Shown here: piece by piece, positions 35,501-46,060 of the stretch
Layout: every line of letters begins with the position of its first letter
Position numbering within the stretch: position 1 is the first letter of the stretch
Assembly: GCA_016712745.1 (NCBI GenBank)
Contig: JADJQN010000001.1
Coordinates: forward strand, 462,770 to 526,769
Length of the DNA stretch: 64,000 bases
Direction: 5' to 3'
Source: Sandaracinaceae bacterium
GTDB taxonomy: Bacteria > Myxococcota_A > Polyangia > Polyangiales > JADJQN01
Translations under genes and position numbers: made by a program
Notes under the pieces: model-generated
What the model was told of the DNA's origin: nothing
The model's input: the letters and a program-made list of their open reading frames with translations, nothing else
The model's database searches: none

Positions 35501-36798
35501 CAACGAATTGTGCCCGTCCCACCGAGCGCGGGTGCTGACGTCACGCTGCCTTGTGTCACGGTTGCGTTGCCTCGATAGACGTTGAATCCACCGGAACTTG
35601 GGACGTTGACGCGCACTTCACGCGCGTTCCCCCCATAGGTTCCGGAGATGGTGATCGACTGCGCGGTGGGGTTGTAGACTCGGACCGTCAGCTCGAGGCG
35701 TGTTGTGGTGTTCTTCGTGATTGGGTTGGTACCGGAACGATGCCCCACGAACTGTTCCATATACGGCTCGACCGGCGCGCCAGCGGCGTCGGTTGGCAGG
35801 TAAATTCGGGCGGTGCTTGCCTCTGGTTGCGCACTGGGCGGCGTGCCCGCGGGGGTCGTGTACGAGTAACGCCCCAGGTAAATGGTGTTGAGGTTGTAGG
35901 TGTTACCGCCCGTGGCCGCGATGGTGAACGTGCTCGGCCAGATGCCATAGCCGGACGCTTCCTGCGTCGAGGTAAAGCCGGTGATGGAGTTGGTTCTCCA
36001 TTGAGCATTCTTGGAGAGGTTTGCGTTCGCGAGTGAAGCTGTGAACGCGCTCGTGCGATCGGCGAATGTCCAGCTGTTCCCTGTGTTGGTATTGCGGTCT
36101 GTGTCGAAGTCGTACGCATCGAGGTCACATCCGCTATGCACCCACGGATAGAGCGAGTAGGCCGCGCTGCCCGCTGCGATGACTCCGAGCGGTACAAAAG
36201 ATGGCGCGTAAATGTTCAGCTCGGTTCCGCCAGCCCCAGGTGTCCCATCATGCGCCCGGATTCCGAAGCCGTTGATATCGCCGCCAGTCGTTTGAGCAGA
36301 CGACTGATCAACGCGCACCTCCCAGTGTCCGGCGGTGGGCGAGGCCTGCGTGAGAATGTTCGCCCACGTGTTGTCGCAGGTCCCGCCGCCGATGGTTCCG
36401 CATGACTGTGCGTTCAAACGCTCGTTGAAAACGGTTGTGCCGGCGGGATTGATCACTCTGTAGCGCACACGCGTGTTCGAGCCCGTCACGGCGAGGTCGT
36501 GCGAGCCGCCGGCGACGAGCACGTCGGCGTCGAAGATGTCGATCTGAAGCGAGCCAAGGCCCGATGGCACTTCGACGAAGAACGAATAGTACGTATCGAG
36601 GTCGGTCGACTCGGACACGTAGTCGCCGAAACTGTCGGCGCTTCCGGATCCGACGATGCGAAAGAGGTTCGACGATCCGCTTGAGCCCGCCGTCGCATCA
36701 CCGGACCAGGCGACGACGCACGTCGCTGCCACTACGAGAGAGACCAGGCTTGTAATCGCAACACGCCCCCACGTGATGCTTGCGGGACTTTTACTCAC
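32587..36798 (-). CDS. large secreted peptidase C25 (gingipain-like) family protein with a MYXO-CTERM-like C-terminal sorting tail (1403 aa)
   Basis: N-terminal signal/anchor VSLVVAATCVVAWSG. C25-like catalytic region: ...YIIITTE...PRYVLLAGT...FAVNYVGHGG (His) ...LPIVTAASCLVAGF (Cys). Tail: QAGCYVSLPSHSDRSLVGALGLIALTWVLRRRNA (GC + hydrophobic helix + Arg cluster). The N-terminal 900 aa or so are unassigned beta-rich domains (IDIFDADV..., GFGIRAHDG...). Confidence 0.75.
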   Translation of the reverse strand: MSKSPASITWGRVAITSLVSLVVAATCVVAWSGDATAGSSGSSNLFRIVGSGSADSFGDYVSESTDLDTYYSFFVEVPSGLGSLQIDIFDADVLVAGGSHDLAVTGSNTRVRYRVINPAGTTVFNERLNAQSCGTIGGGTCDNTWANILTQASPTAGHWEVRVDQSSAQTTGGDINGFGIRAHDGTPGAGGTELNIYAPSFVPLGVIAAGSAAYSLYPWVHSGCDLDAYDFDTDRNTNTGNSWTFADRTSAFTASLANANLSKNAQWRTNSITGFTSTQEASGYGIWPSTFTIAATGGNTYNLNTIYLGRYSYTTPAGTPPSAQPEASTARIYLPTDAAGAPVEPYMEQFVGHRSGTNPITKNTTTRLELTVRVYNPTAQSITISGTYGGNAREVRVNVPSSGGFNVYRGNATVTQGSVTSAPALGGTGTIRWQPGTIVAGGNAAISYRIDTTPTTNPAYAITGAETSMTAGTLALYLDQTGNTTQAASNTYLGTLCPLTEQRNVSVFAAVANVTAVRHGDLTTVEWDTTSELGTTGFVVERMNARGDFERIHEGYIPSLLDSVQGGHYAVVDHGTGEGTLAYLISDIDYVHREVLHGPFYVQARHDRTGLTREMLRVGYERSARAWPTTGVLQSTADRPFNPLRRASSEGVDAVHVAVTARGMHRIDATALAQAFGLSESDVISAIGSGSLALSLMGAPVAWTRGEDARSLVFFANHEERVFTRETIYRLARAAGMSMEHSRVAAAHAYPTAVSFQDTAHFEEEAFPGTSVSPDPDSDYWYWKTVSSLDAAHSTQEFELNLPTLATTAEPARISVRGFGITDNPHLIHVQVNGFDAGLMTFARSGVANVALAFDAALLREGSNTVALVAERVGTVDSSVYIDSIDVTYPRTFAANDSQLTFATPSATTVRVDGFRDGAVGIFDVTVANEPRIVDGAEVATTSGVTSFGFDAAAGTTYAAATPQSLQSPSRVWADHASSLRDAANAAQYIIITTEVLHDEAVRLANTRITRGFSALVVDVEDIYDEFNFGAPNPHAIQTFLAYANSSWGVTPRYVLLAGTSTFDFRDALGLGGNLVPPLMLRTAHGLFPADSQYVDFNHDGAPDAALGRLPVRNAAEMATAVDKIIAYESGEPSEWTDRVLLLTDATSDNGFTDTLQAAAAALPERVTTQSIDLSDSDIADARVELASALAEGVFAVNYVGHGGTDRLSDQGLLNMSDASALTNADRLPIVTAASCLVAGFGMPGFGSIGEALVQNPRGGAIAVWSPSAITEATSASVIANRTLSSILSGERRPLGDAVLSATRLLAARGFDGVTLATFSLLGDPALEIQNPRDVLPPREPGVPLDVPPENGGVAPSEVPPGVQAGCYVSLPSHSDRSLVGALGLIALTWVLRRRNARAPRCR

Positions 36799-36940
36799 GA
36801 ATCACTACCTCACCGGTACGCACTTTCGGTGCTCGCGGGGCCACCGACGTTCACTTGTACGGCTAGGAGAAGGCGTTGGGAAGCCGCTACGCGCGAAGAC
36901 TCGTCAGGCGACGATAATCCTCTGAAATGTTTCGATGCCA

Positions 36941-36977
36941 CAAAAGCAAAAGGCCGCCACGCGTGAGCGCAGCAGCC
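36941..36977 (-). terminator. Rho-independent terminator of rpsA
   Basis: Minus-strand RNA GGCUGCUGCGC-UCAC-GCGUGGCGGCC forms an 11-bp stem (three G-U pairs), followed by UUUUGCUUUUG. It lies 34 nt after the rpsA stop. Confidence 0.75.
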
Positions 36978-37010
36978 TTTGGCAGTGTCGGCTTCCTAAC
37001 GAGGAGCTAT

Positions 37011-38780
<1,770 letters not shown>

Positions 38781-38918
38781 CCGTTGAGTACCGTCACTCT
38801 CTTTCGAGAGGTCCTTTCTTCTCCCTCAATGCACGCACGTAGGCCATGCCGACAAAGGGGAGCGGATGGGTAGCAGCCTCCCCCGCGCGTGTCAAACCCC
38901 CAAAGGGCCAAGATGGGC

Positions 38919-39362
38919 TCAAAAACGGGGTATTTGCTTCGAGTACGGACCGGCCCCCCGAACGCGTACGCGCGCCCGCCCGAGCAAACCGAGGACTGCG
39001 AGAGTGAGCGCCAGGCAGACGATGATTCCGACCCAATTCTCAATAGGGGTCTGCGAGACGGGCCGCCCGTTGCACGTGTAGTTGAACGAAAACGCTGGTT
39101 TCACGACCCGACTGCCCACCGTGCAGTCTGCGCCGCCCGTATCGATCGCCAAAGCGTGCTCGTCACCGGCGCTGTCACGCACCACGATGTCATGGCCACT
39201 GCCTTTGCCATGCCCGCGAGTCGAAACAAACGTTCCGTCCACTGACACGACGAACGCTGCACTCGCGTTGCATAGCGCGCCTGCGGGAAACGCGAGCATG
39301 GTGAACGCCAGAACGAACGGCAATGACCGCTTCGCTTTGATCAAAACAACCGCCCCAATCAT
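38919..39362 (-). CDS. small hypothetical membrane protein (two terminal hydrophobic helices)
   Basis: The ATG at 39362 gives 147 aa (MIGAVVLIKAKRSLPFVLAFTMLAFPAG...WVGIIVCLALTLAVLGLLG). The longer ORF to 39644 overlaps the divergent M28 gene and is Arg/Ser-rich. No family recognised. Confidence 0.4.
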   Translation of the reverse strand: MIGAVVLIKAKRSLPFVLAFTMLAFPAGALCNASAAFVVSVDGTFVSTRGHGKGSGHDIVVRDSAGDEHALAIDTGGADCTVGSRVVKPAFSFNYTCNGRPVSQTPIENWVGIIVCLALTLAVLGLLGRARVRVRGAGPYSKQIPRF

Positions 39363-39496
39363 GCCGAGCAGCACTGAAGAGTAGCCGATGATGTTAAGCG
39401 CTTGATCCACGCAGCAGCATTGCGCAAAAACGCACCAGCGACAATCGCACAAGTCCACGCGTCTCGCGCTACTCTTGCGCACCGCCGAGGGGGACT

Positions 39497-41775
39497 GTGA
39501 AGGACGAAGCGCGACCGATCCCGATTTTGGTGTGCACGCTGGTACTCGTCGCGGTGATCGCGGGCTTGACCTGCGCGCGCTACTTCTCGCTGCCCGTGCG
39601 CGGGGCATCGATTGCGGAAACAGAGTTTTCCGGACAGCGCGCATTCGCCGCGCTCACCCATGTGCTCGAAGGCGTGGGTGCACACCCCGTGGGCAGTCTT
39701 GCAAACGCGCGCGTGCGCGACCGTCTCGTCGCGTCGTTGCGCGCGCTCGGCTACGAGCCGCAGGTTACGCGCACTTTCGTGTGCGGCATGCACGGCGCGT
39801 GTGCATTCGTTGAGAACATACTCGCGGAGCGCGAAGGCAATGACACGCGCAACGCCGTGCTGCTCGCCGCGCACTACGATTCGGTGCCCGCCGGGCAAGG
39901 CGCGAACGACGATGGGCTCGGCGTCGCGGTTCTCCTCGAATCTGCGCGCGCTCTGCGCGCATTGCCCAAGCCCGCGCATTCAGTCTTGTTGCTGCTTACC
40001 GACGGGGAGGAGCGCGGTTTGCTCGGCGCGGAAGCGTTTGCGAGCGAGAACATAAACTTCACGCGCGTGCGCGCCTTCGTAAATACAGAGGCCCGCGGAA
40101 GCTCGGGCCCAAGCCTCCTGTTCGAAACGAGCGCTGACAATGCGTACCTGATAAACACGATTGCGCCGTCGCTCGCTCGTCCGATCACGAGCTCGTTGTT
40201 CTCCGCCATCTACGAGCGAATGCCCAACGATACGGATTTTACTGTGCTCAAGCGCCGTGGCGCATTGGGCGCCAACTTCGCGGCGGTCGGCAGTCTCGCG
40301 CATTATCACACGCCGCTCGATCGCTTGGACAACGTCGACCTGGGCACGCTCCAACACCAAGGCGACGGCGCGTTCGCCGCGATAGTCGCGTTGATGAACG
40401 CCGAGAACCTAGCAGCGCCGCATCCAGGCACGCTGGTCTGGTTCGACGTATTCGGTTTGGTCGTGTGTTCGTACCCGAGTTGGGCCGCGCTTCTCACTGC
40501 CGCCCTCGCGCTGCTTGCGCTATTGAATCATTGCGTGCGCATGAAGCGCGCGGGCGTAGTGCCCGTGCGGGCAATCTTATGGGGGATGCTCGCGGTGCCC
40601 GCATCCCTCCTGTTCGCCGCGCTTCTCTCGTTTGGCATCGCAGTCCTCGCCGAGCGCATAGGTCTGTTGCCCGCGCCGTGGATTGCGCATTCTTCATACC
40701 TGCTTAGCTCTCTCGCGCTCTGTGCGTGCTTCGCGGTTTTGCTTTGCGCCAGTCTACTCCTGGGGCACGCGACCGCGATGGGGTTGTGGCTGGGTGGTTG
40801 GCTGGTTTGGTCGGCGCTGGCTTTGTTGCTTGCAGCGCTCGCGCCAGGCGCAAGCTTTCTTTTGCAGTTCCGAGCGTGGTTGCCGGCGTCGCTGGATTCG
40901 CGTGGAACGCGCAATTCTCGACTCGCACTCTTTGCCTTCTCATCGCAGCGCCTATTGCCGCGACGTGTCTCGTTTGGACGCCGGTGCTCATCATGTTGCC
41001 GGACGCGCTTGGTTTCACCGTGGGCGCAGTGCACGGACTAGCGTGGGCGACAGCCCTATGTTCCGCGACTTCTCTAGTGGCGGTATTCTCGCCACGCCGC
41101 GTCGCGATTGCGTGCTGCACCGTACTGGCCGCGGCCGCGCTTGCGTTTGGAACGGCCGCTCTGCAAACGCCGTTCACCGCGACGCATCCTGCGCGCGCCA
41201 ACGTCGTGTTCCATCAGGAATCCACTGGCAGCACTGCGCGCTCCATGGTGGATACGAGCTGGGGGTTCCGTCCCTTCGGTCACTACCCCGAAGCAATGCG
41301 CCGGTTGATGCAGCAGCCGCGCGAGCAGCCCTCGTTTCCGTGGCTGAGGAGCCAAGCGCTCGTGCAGACCAGTCCGCGCATTGGCGCCGATGCGCCGGAG
41401 CTCACCGTGCTCACGGAAAGGCGTAGCCTGTCAGGCCGTGACCTGCACGTACGGGTGCGCTCGCTGCGCGGCGCTGCTGATCTTGCCCTCCTGCTCGCAC
41501 CAGACACGGAGATGCGCATGCTGCTCGTCAACGGTGTTTCTGCTCCAGTGCGCACGACGCCCGCTGGCTGGCAGATGATCATGCTTTTCGGCATTCCTCC
41601 CGAAGGCGCGGAAGTGTTCATGAGCGGCACCATCGCGCCCGCGGACGGAGTCCTCCTCGATATTACGCACGACGTACCTGCGTCGCTGCTTTCGCTTGTG
41701 CGCGCGCGCCCAGCAGCCGCGGTGCCCACGCAGGAAGGCGATACCACGATACTCTCGCGCCGTATTCGCCTCTGA
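39497..41775 (+). pseudogene. M28 family metallopeptidase fused to a polytopic membrane domain and C-terminal domain; frame broken near 40860 (frameshift or sequencing error)
   Basis: M28 core: VLLAAHYDSVPAGQGANDDGLGVAVLLE...LLLLTDGEERGLLGAEAF...NTEARG...TDF...AHYHTPLD. Frame 1 is plausible up to ...LLLAALAPGASFLL, then turns Arg/Ser-rich junk. The +1 frame continues with FAVPSVVAGVAGFAWN...LLIAAPIAATCLVWTPVLIML... to 41775. The junction sits at the T run ctTTTTg (40860-40863). Confidence 0.8.
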
Positions 41776-41777
41776 CG

Positions 41778-42818
41778 CTACGGACGAGGCGGACCACACG
41801 CGCCGAAGCTCGAGCATTGCGAGGCCTCGCAGTGACCGTCGCTCGAGGCGCCACCTGAGCAGCAGGCAAGTCCAGTTTCGCACCGAGCGTCGTCGATGGT
41901 GCCAGACCCGCAATTCCCGCCGGACCGCACGCCAACTGAACACGAGGCGTCGCGAACACATCCGCCACGCGCGGAGTCGAACACTTCGAGGCGTCCACAT
42001 CGGCAGCCCATGCATCCAGCGCAAGCGCAGTCGAACGTCTCGCCGCACGCTTGCGGACAACCATCCACCCAAGCACCGCCCGTGCGGGCGCAGTACTGCT
42101 CATCGCTCGGCGATATGCAGAGGTCAATGAGCGGCGCCGTGCAGCCGAGGCTTTCGTCGAACACAAACGGAGCTCCGCAGTTGCAGGTAATCTGAGGCGG
42201 CGCGCCAGGCGCTTCGCCGCCGCATTGGTTGAGGGAGTAAGCGCCCCACCTGCCGTGAGTCGCCACACACAAATCGGCCCGGCCACAGTCTGCCGACGCG
42301 ACGCAACCGACGCCTTCCTCAAAAATCTTACCGAGACCGCAATCGCACGCCGCCGCGCCCACCTCGCAGTTCATGTCGGCCGCGTGGCCGCACACGAAGT
42401 TTCCGCAGTACGCATGTTCCGCTCTGAAGAATCCGCCACTCGCTTCGCAGCGCACGGAGGTGCATAGGTCGTAGCGTGCGTGGCACTGGTCGAGCGTCAT
42501 GAACGCATCGCAATCGCTGCCGGTGCAGGATGTGCAGTCGGGCCACGGCGCACACTCGTCGCCGTTCCAAAAGTATTGCGTCGGCGCATCGGGTGCGCAG
42601 TCCACGTCCACGCAGGGATCCGCCTGCACATCCATTGGCCTGCCGCACGCGGGTGCTGCGCCCGAATCCGCTCCTTGATCGAACAACAGGTTCGCATCGA
42701 TCGATGAGCCCCCATCCAGTCCGGATGGTCCAAGGTCGGTTGCATTCACGCTGCCGTGAGAGTCGGCACATCCGGCGAACAGCGGCACAAGGAGCGCTGC
42801 AAATATCCATGGCTTCAT
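41778..42818 (-). CDS. cysteine-rich lipoprotein (41 Cys in 346 aa by my count)
   Basis: The ATG at 42818 gives MKPWIFAALLVPLFAGC/ADS (lipobox). The rest is dense in Cys and Gly/Asp/Ala (…DCAPDAPTQYFWNGDECAPWPDCTSCTGSDCD… CACAGCMGCRCG…). No family recognised. Confidence 0.7.
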   Translation of the reverse strand: MKPWIFAALLVPLFAGCADSHGSVNATDLGPSGLDGGSSIDANLLFDQGADSGAAPACGRPMDVQADPCVDVDCAPDAPTQYFWNGDECAPWPDCTSCTGSDCDAFMTLDQCHARYDLCTSVRCEASGGFFRAEHAYCGNFVCGHAADMNCEVGAAACDCGLGKIFEEGVGCVASADCGRADLCVATHGRWGAYSLNQCGGEAPGAPPQITCNCGAPFVFDESLGCTAPLIDLCISPSDEQYCARTGGAWVDGCPQACGETFDCACAGCMGCRCGRLEVFDSARGGCVRDASCSVGVRSGGNCGSGTIDDARCETGLACCSGGASSDGHCEASQCSSFGACGPPRP

Positions 42819-42934
42819 GAAGGCGCTCCGTTGCAAGCGGTGCGCCACACGCAACCCGCTAAAACACCCGCCGAATTCGCTCGTCGCGCTGTGTCATGTT
42901 GTGCCTGCTCGTTCGGCATGTTGCAACATGCTCC

Positions 42935-43495
42935 TCAGGGACCCGGAGCTTGAGGCGCGCCGGGCGGTGGCAATGCGTCGGTCGGCTGTATTGCGAAGTC
43001 ACCGCCTGCTGCGCCAACGACGCGCATCTCGCCCATCGACGACGCGGCAAGCACGAAGCGGTGCGGGTTATCTGTATGGCTCACTGTCAAATCAGAAGGC
43101 GTCACGGTGATTGTCCACGACATCATCGGGTAAGTGCCCGGTGCGATCGTGCTTGAGCCGCAGCCGCGCTTGTCGTTCTCGTGCTCGAAATGCTGCTCGC
43201 TAAAATTCCCTGCGGTCCACATCACTGCGTCGACTTTCGATGTACCGACCCAGATCCATCCGTTGCTGGTGTAAGGAATACGCAAGGAGACCACATTCGG
43301 CGTCGAACGCGGACTGACCAGTAGGTCGTGGTTGTCCGGGCTTTCCCAGATGCACCAGTTGCCAAAGAGACCGGCTGGAAGCGGCGTCGCCGGTCGCGAG
43401 GCGCTCGGCGGGGGCGGCCCGTTTGCATCGTCGGCCGAGGCCCGACCCGCAAACGTCGTTGCGACGACGACCGCCAACCACAAGATTTGCTTCAT
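42935..43495 (-). CDS. secreted hypothetical protein
   Basis: The ATG at 43495 gives the signal peptide MKQILWLAVVVATTFAGRASA/DD. Trp-rich mature part (NWCIWESPDNHD..., NGWIWVGTSKVDAVMWTAGNF...). No family recognised. Confidence 0.6.
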   Translation of the reverse strand: MKQILWLAVVVATTFAGRASADDANGPPPPSASRPATPLPAGLFGNWCIWESPDNHDLLVSPRSTPNVVSLRIPYTSNGWIWVGTSKVDAVMWTAGNFSEQHFEHENDKRGCGSSTIAPGTYPMMSWTITVTPSDLTVSHTDNPHRFVLAASSMGEMRVVGAAGGDFAIQPTDALPPPGAPQAPGP

Positions 43496-43654
43496 CAAGG
43501 CCTCCACTTTCAACACGCCGACCGCTCGCAGGTTGAGGCGCTGCTCGCAAAGTCTAACGCGGCGACTACCCGGAAATCTTCCCCACTCAGCCCTTCGATT
43601 CTACGCAATTCATTGACGTGCAGCGTCGTTGCGGCATGGTTCTGCGCACCACCA

Positions 43655-44563
43655 ATGAATCAGGCTTCTTTTACGCATTTGCGCGCGCTCGAGTCCGAGT
43701 CGGTGCACATCATTCGCGAAGTTGCGGCGGAATTCGATCGTCCAGTCCTGCTCTTTTCCGGGGGTAAGGACTCGATCGTCATGCTGCGCCTCGCCGAAAA
43801 AGCGTTTTGGCCGGCAAAACTGCCCTTCCCGCTTATGCACGTGGACACCGGCCACAACTTCCCCGAGGTGCTCGACTACCGTGATCGCCGCGTGGCTGAA
43901 ATCGGCGCCCGCCTTGTTGTCGTGTCTGTTCAGGACTCCATTGATGCCGGGCGCGTTGCCGAGGAGAAAGGTCCGCGCGCCTCGCGCAACCGCCTTCAGA
44001 CGACGACCTTGCTCGACGGCATAACCGAGCACGGTTTTGATGCCGTGTTTGGTGGTGCACGGCGCGACGAAGAGAAGGCTCGCGCGAAAGAGCGCGTGTT
44101 TTCCTTCCGCGATGAGTTTGGTCAATGGGACCCCAAGAACCAGCGGCCCGAACTGTGGAGCCTGTACAACGGCCGTCACCAAAAAGGCGAGCACATCCGA
44201 GTTTTTCCGCTCTCAAACTGGACCGAGCTCGATATCTGGCAGTACATCGCGCAAGAGAACATCGAGATCCCTTCGATCTATTTTTCTCATCAGCGCGACG
44301 TGTTCAAGCGCGACGGCATGTGGTTGTCCACGAGTCCCTTCATCACGCAGATGGAGAATGAGCACGCGGTACCGATGACCGTCCGTTATCGCACGGTGGG
44401 CGATATGAGCTGTACGGGCGCGGTCGAATCGGCCGCTGCGACCCTGGACGAAATCATCAGCGAGGTTGCGGCGTCGCGGATCACAGAGCGCGGAGCAACT
44501 CGCGCCGACGACCGTGCCTCCGAGACCGCGATGGAAGACAGAAAGCGCCAGGGGTATTTCTGA
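43655..44563 (+). CDS. cysD: sulfate adenylyltransferase subunit 2
   Basis: MNQASFTHLRALESESVHIIREVAAEF.RPVLLFSGGKDSIVMLRLA...PFPLMHVDTGHNFPE...RDEEKARAKER. The ORF-track start at 43328 adds 109 Arg-rich aa and is unlikely. Confidence 0.95.
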   Translation: MNQASFTHLRALESESVHIIREVAAEFDRPVLLFSGGKDSIVMLRLAEKAFWPAKLPFPLMHVDTGHNFPEVLDYRDRRVAEIGARLVVVSVQDSIDAGRVAEEKGPRASRNRLQTTTLLDGITEHGFDAVFGGARRDEEKARAKERVFSFRDEFGQWDPKNQRPELWSLYNGRHQKGEHIRVFPLSNWTELDIWQYIAQENIEIPSIYFSHQRDVFKRDGMWLSTSPFITQMENEHAVPMTVRYRTVGDMSCTGAVESAAATLDEIISEVAASRITERGATRADDRASETAMEDRKRQGYF

Positions 44564-45822
44564 TGTCCGAACCGGTTACAGAGCTGCTTCGATTCGCTAC
44601 CGCCGGTTCGGTCGACGACGGCAAGAGCACGCTCATCGGGCGCCTCTTGTGCGACACCAAGTCGATTTTCGAAGATCAGCTCGCGGCCGTGGAGCGCACC
44701 AGCAAGCAGCGGGGCGACGAGTACGTAAACCTCGCTTTGCTCACGGACGGCCTACGCGCCGAGCGCGAGCAAGGGATTACGATCGATGTCGCGTATCGCT
44801 ATTTTGCGACGCCGAAGCGCAAATTCATTATCGCCGACACACCCGGGCATATCCAATACACGCGCAACATGGTGACCGGCGCGTCGACGGCGGATCTCGC
44901 TCTGGTTTTGATTGATGCTCGTAAAGGCATTCTTGAGCAGTCGCGTCGCCATGCGTTTTTGGCGTCGCTCTTGCGCATTCCGCACATGGTTTTGTGCGTG
45001 AACAAGATGGACCTCGTCGGCTACAGCCAAGAAGTGTTCGAAAACATCAAGCAAGAGTTTCGAGAGTTCGCGCGAAAACTCGAGGTCGCGGATCTCACCT
45101 TCATCCCGATTTCCGCGTTGAACGGCGACAACGTGGTGGACCGCTCGAAGAACATGCCTTGGTATGAAGGCACATCCCTTCTGCACCATCTGGAAGAAGT
45201 GCACATTGCGTCGGATCGCAATCTCATCGACGCGCGCTTTCCCGTGCAATACGTAGTGCGTCCGATCTCCGGCGCGCATCACGACTTTCGCGGATACGCG
45301 GGGACGGTTGCTGGGGGCATGTTCAAGCCGGGCGACTCGGTCGTTGTGCTGCCCTCGGGATTCGAATCGCGTGTGCGCTCGATTGAAACATTTGATGGTG
45401 CGCGTGACCAAGCTGTGCCTTCCGACTCGGTGGTGATCACACTTGAGGACGAGATTGACGTCAGCCGCGGCGATATGATCTGCCGCCCGCACAACCGTCC
45501 GACGGTGGGACAGGACATTGAGGCGATGGTGTGTTGGCTCGGTGATCACACGAAGCTCGCCGCAGGCAACAAGTACGCGATCAAGCATACGACGAAGTGG
45601 GCGCGCGCCATTGTGAACGACGTCCGCTACCGACTCGACATCAACTCGCTGCACCGCGATGAGTCTGCGGATACGCTATCGCTCAACGAAATTGGCCGCA
45701 TCAAACTTCGCACAACGGCTCCGCTGCTTTACGACGAGTACCGTCGCAATCGCACTACTGGGAGTTTCCTTCTAGTCGACGAAGCCACGAACAACACCGT
45801 CGCCGCCGGCATGATCCTCTAG
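44563..45822 (+). CDS. cysN: sulfate adenylyltransferase subunit 1 (GTPase)
   Basis: LLRFATAGSVDDGKSTLIGRLL (G1) ...DGLRAEREQGITIDVAYRYF...IADTPGH...LCVNKMDL. TGATG overlap with cysD. There is no fused CysC domain at 419 aa. Confidence 0.95.
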   Translation: MSEPVTELLRFATAGSVDDGKSTLIGRLLCDTKSIFEDQLAAVERTSKQRGDEYVNLALLTDGLRAEREQGITIDVAYRYFATPKRKFIIADTPGHIQYTRNMVTGASTADLALVLIDARKGILEQSRRHAFLASLLRIPHMVLCVNKMDLVGYSQEVFENIKQEFREFARKLEVADLTFIPISALNGDNVVDRSKNMPWYEGTSLLHHLEEVHIASDRNLIDARFPVQYVVRPISGAHHDFRGYAGTVAGGMFKPGDSVVVLPSGFESRVRSIETFDGARDQAVPSDSVVITLEDEIDVSRGDMICRPHNRPTVGQDIEAMVCWLGDHTKLAAGNKYAIKHTTKWARAIVNDVRYRLDINSLHRDESADTLSLNEIGRIKLRTTAPLLYDEYRRNRTTGSFLLVDEATNNTVAAGMIL

Positions 45823-45881
45823 CCTCTAGGGACACGCTCCCCCGCGAAAAAGCACGTAATTTTGAAGGCTTACAGATCGAC

Positions 45882-45940
45882 TTTGGCCGCGCAAACTTGA
45901 TACGCGAGCGCGCCCAATGTATCAAATTTGCGCGGCCAAA
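45882..45940. repeat. 21/22-bp inverted repeat (hairpin) with a 15-nt loop
   Basis: TTTGGCCGCGCAAACTTGATAC (45882-45903) pairs with GTATCAAATTTGCGCGGCCAAA (45919-45940), one mismatch. It lies in the convergent intergenic region after cysN. No U-tract follows on either strand. Confidence 0.9.
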
Positions 45941-45951
45941 CTCCGTTCGCA

Positions 45952-46053
45952 AGTGCTTGAAAAGATAGGCCCGCTGCCGAGGGAGCGTGTCCCCGCGGTT
46001 TCAGTGCTTGAAAAGATAGGCCCGCTGCCGAGGGAGCGTGTCCCCGCGGTTTC
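45952..46053. repeat. perfect tandem duplication, 2 x 51 bp
   Basis: AGTGCTTGAAAAGATAGGCCCGCTGCCGAGGGAGCGTGTCCCCGCGGTTTC occurs at 45952-46002 and identically at 46003-46053. Each unit carries GGGAGCGTGTCCC, the reverse complement of GGGACACGCTCCC at 45829-45841. Confidence 0.97.
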
Positions 46054-46060
46054 CCAGGGT

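Noticed and set aside
43328-43654. N-terminal extensions suggested by the ORF track (cysD from 43328; also 20666-22603, 53349-54494, 41778-42854, 46457-47146, 6464-7318).
   Set aside because: The extensions are Arg/Cys-rich and overlap neighbouring genes. Internal starts give canonical N-termini, signal peptides or ATGA coupling.
45952-46053. Possible CRISPR-like array.
   Set aside because: There are only two directly abutting identical 51-bp units with no spacers, and no cas genes in the window.
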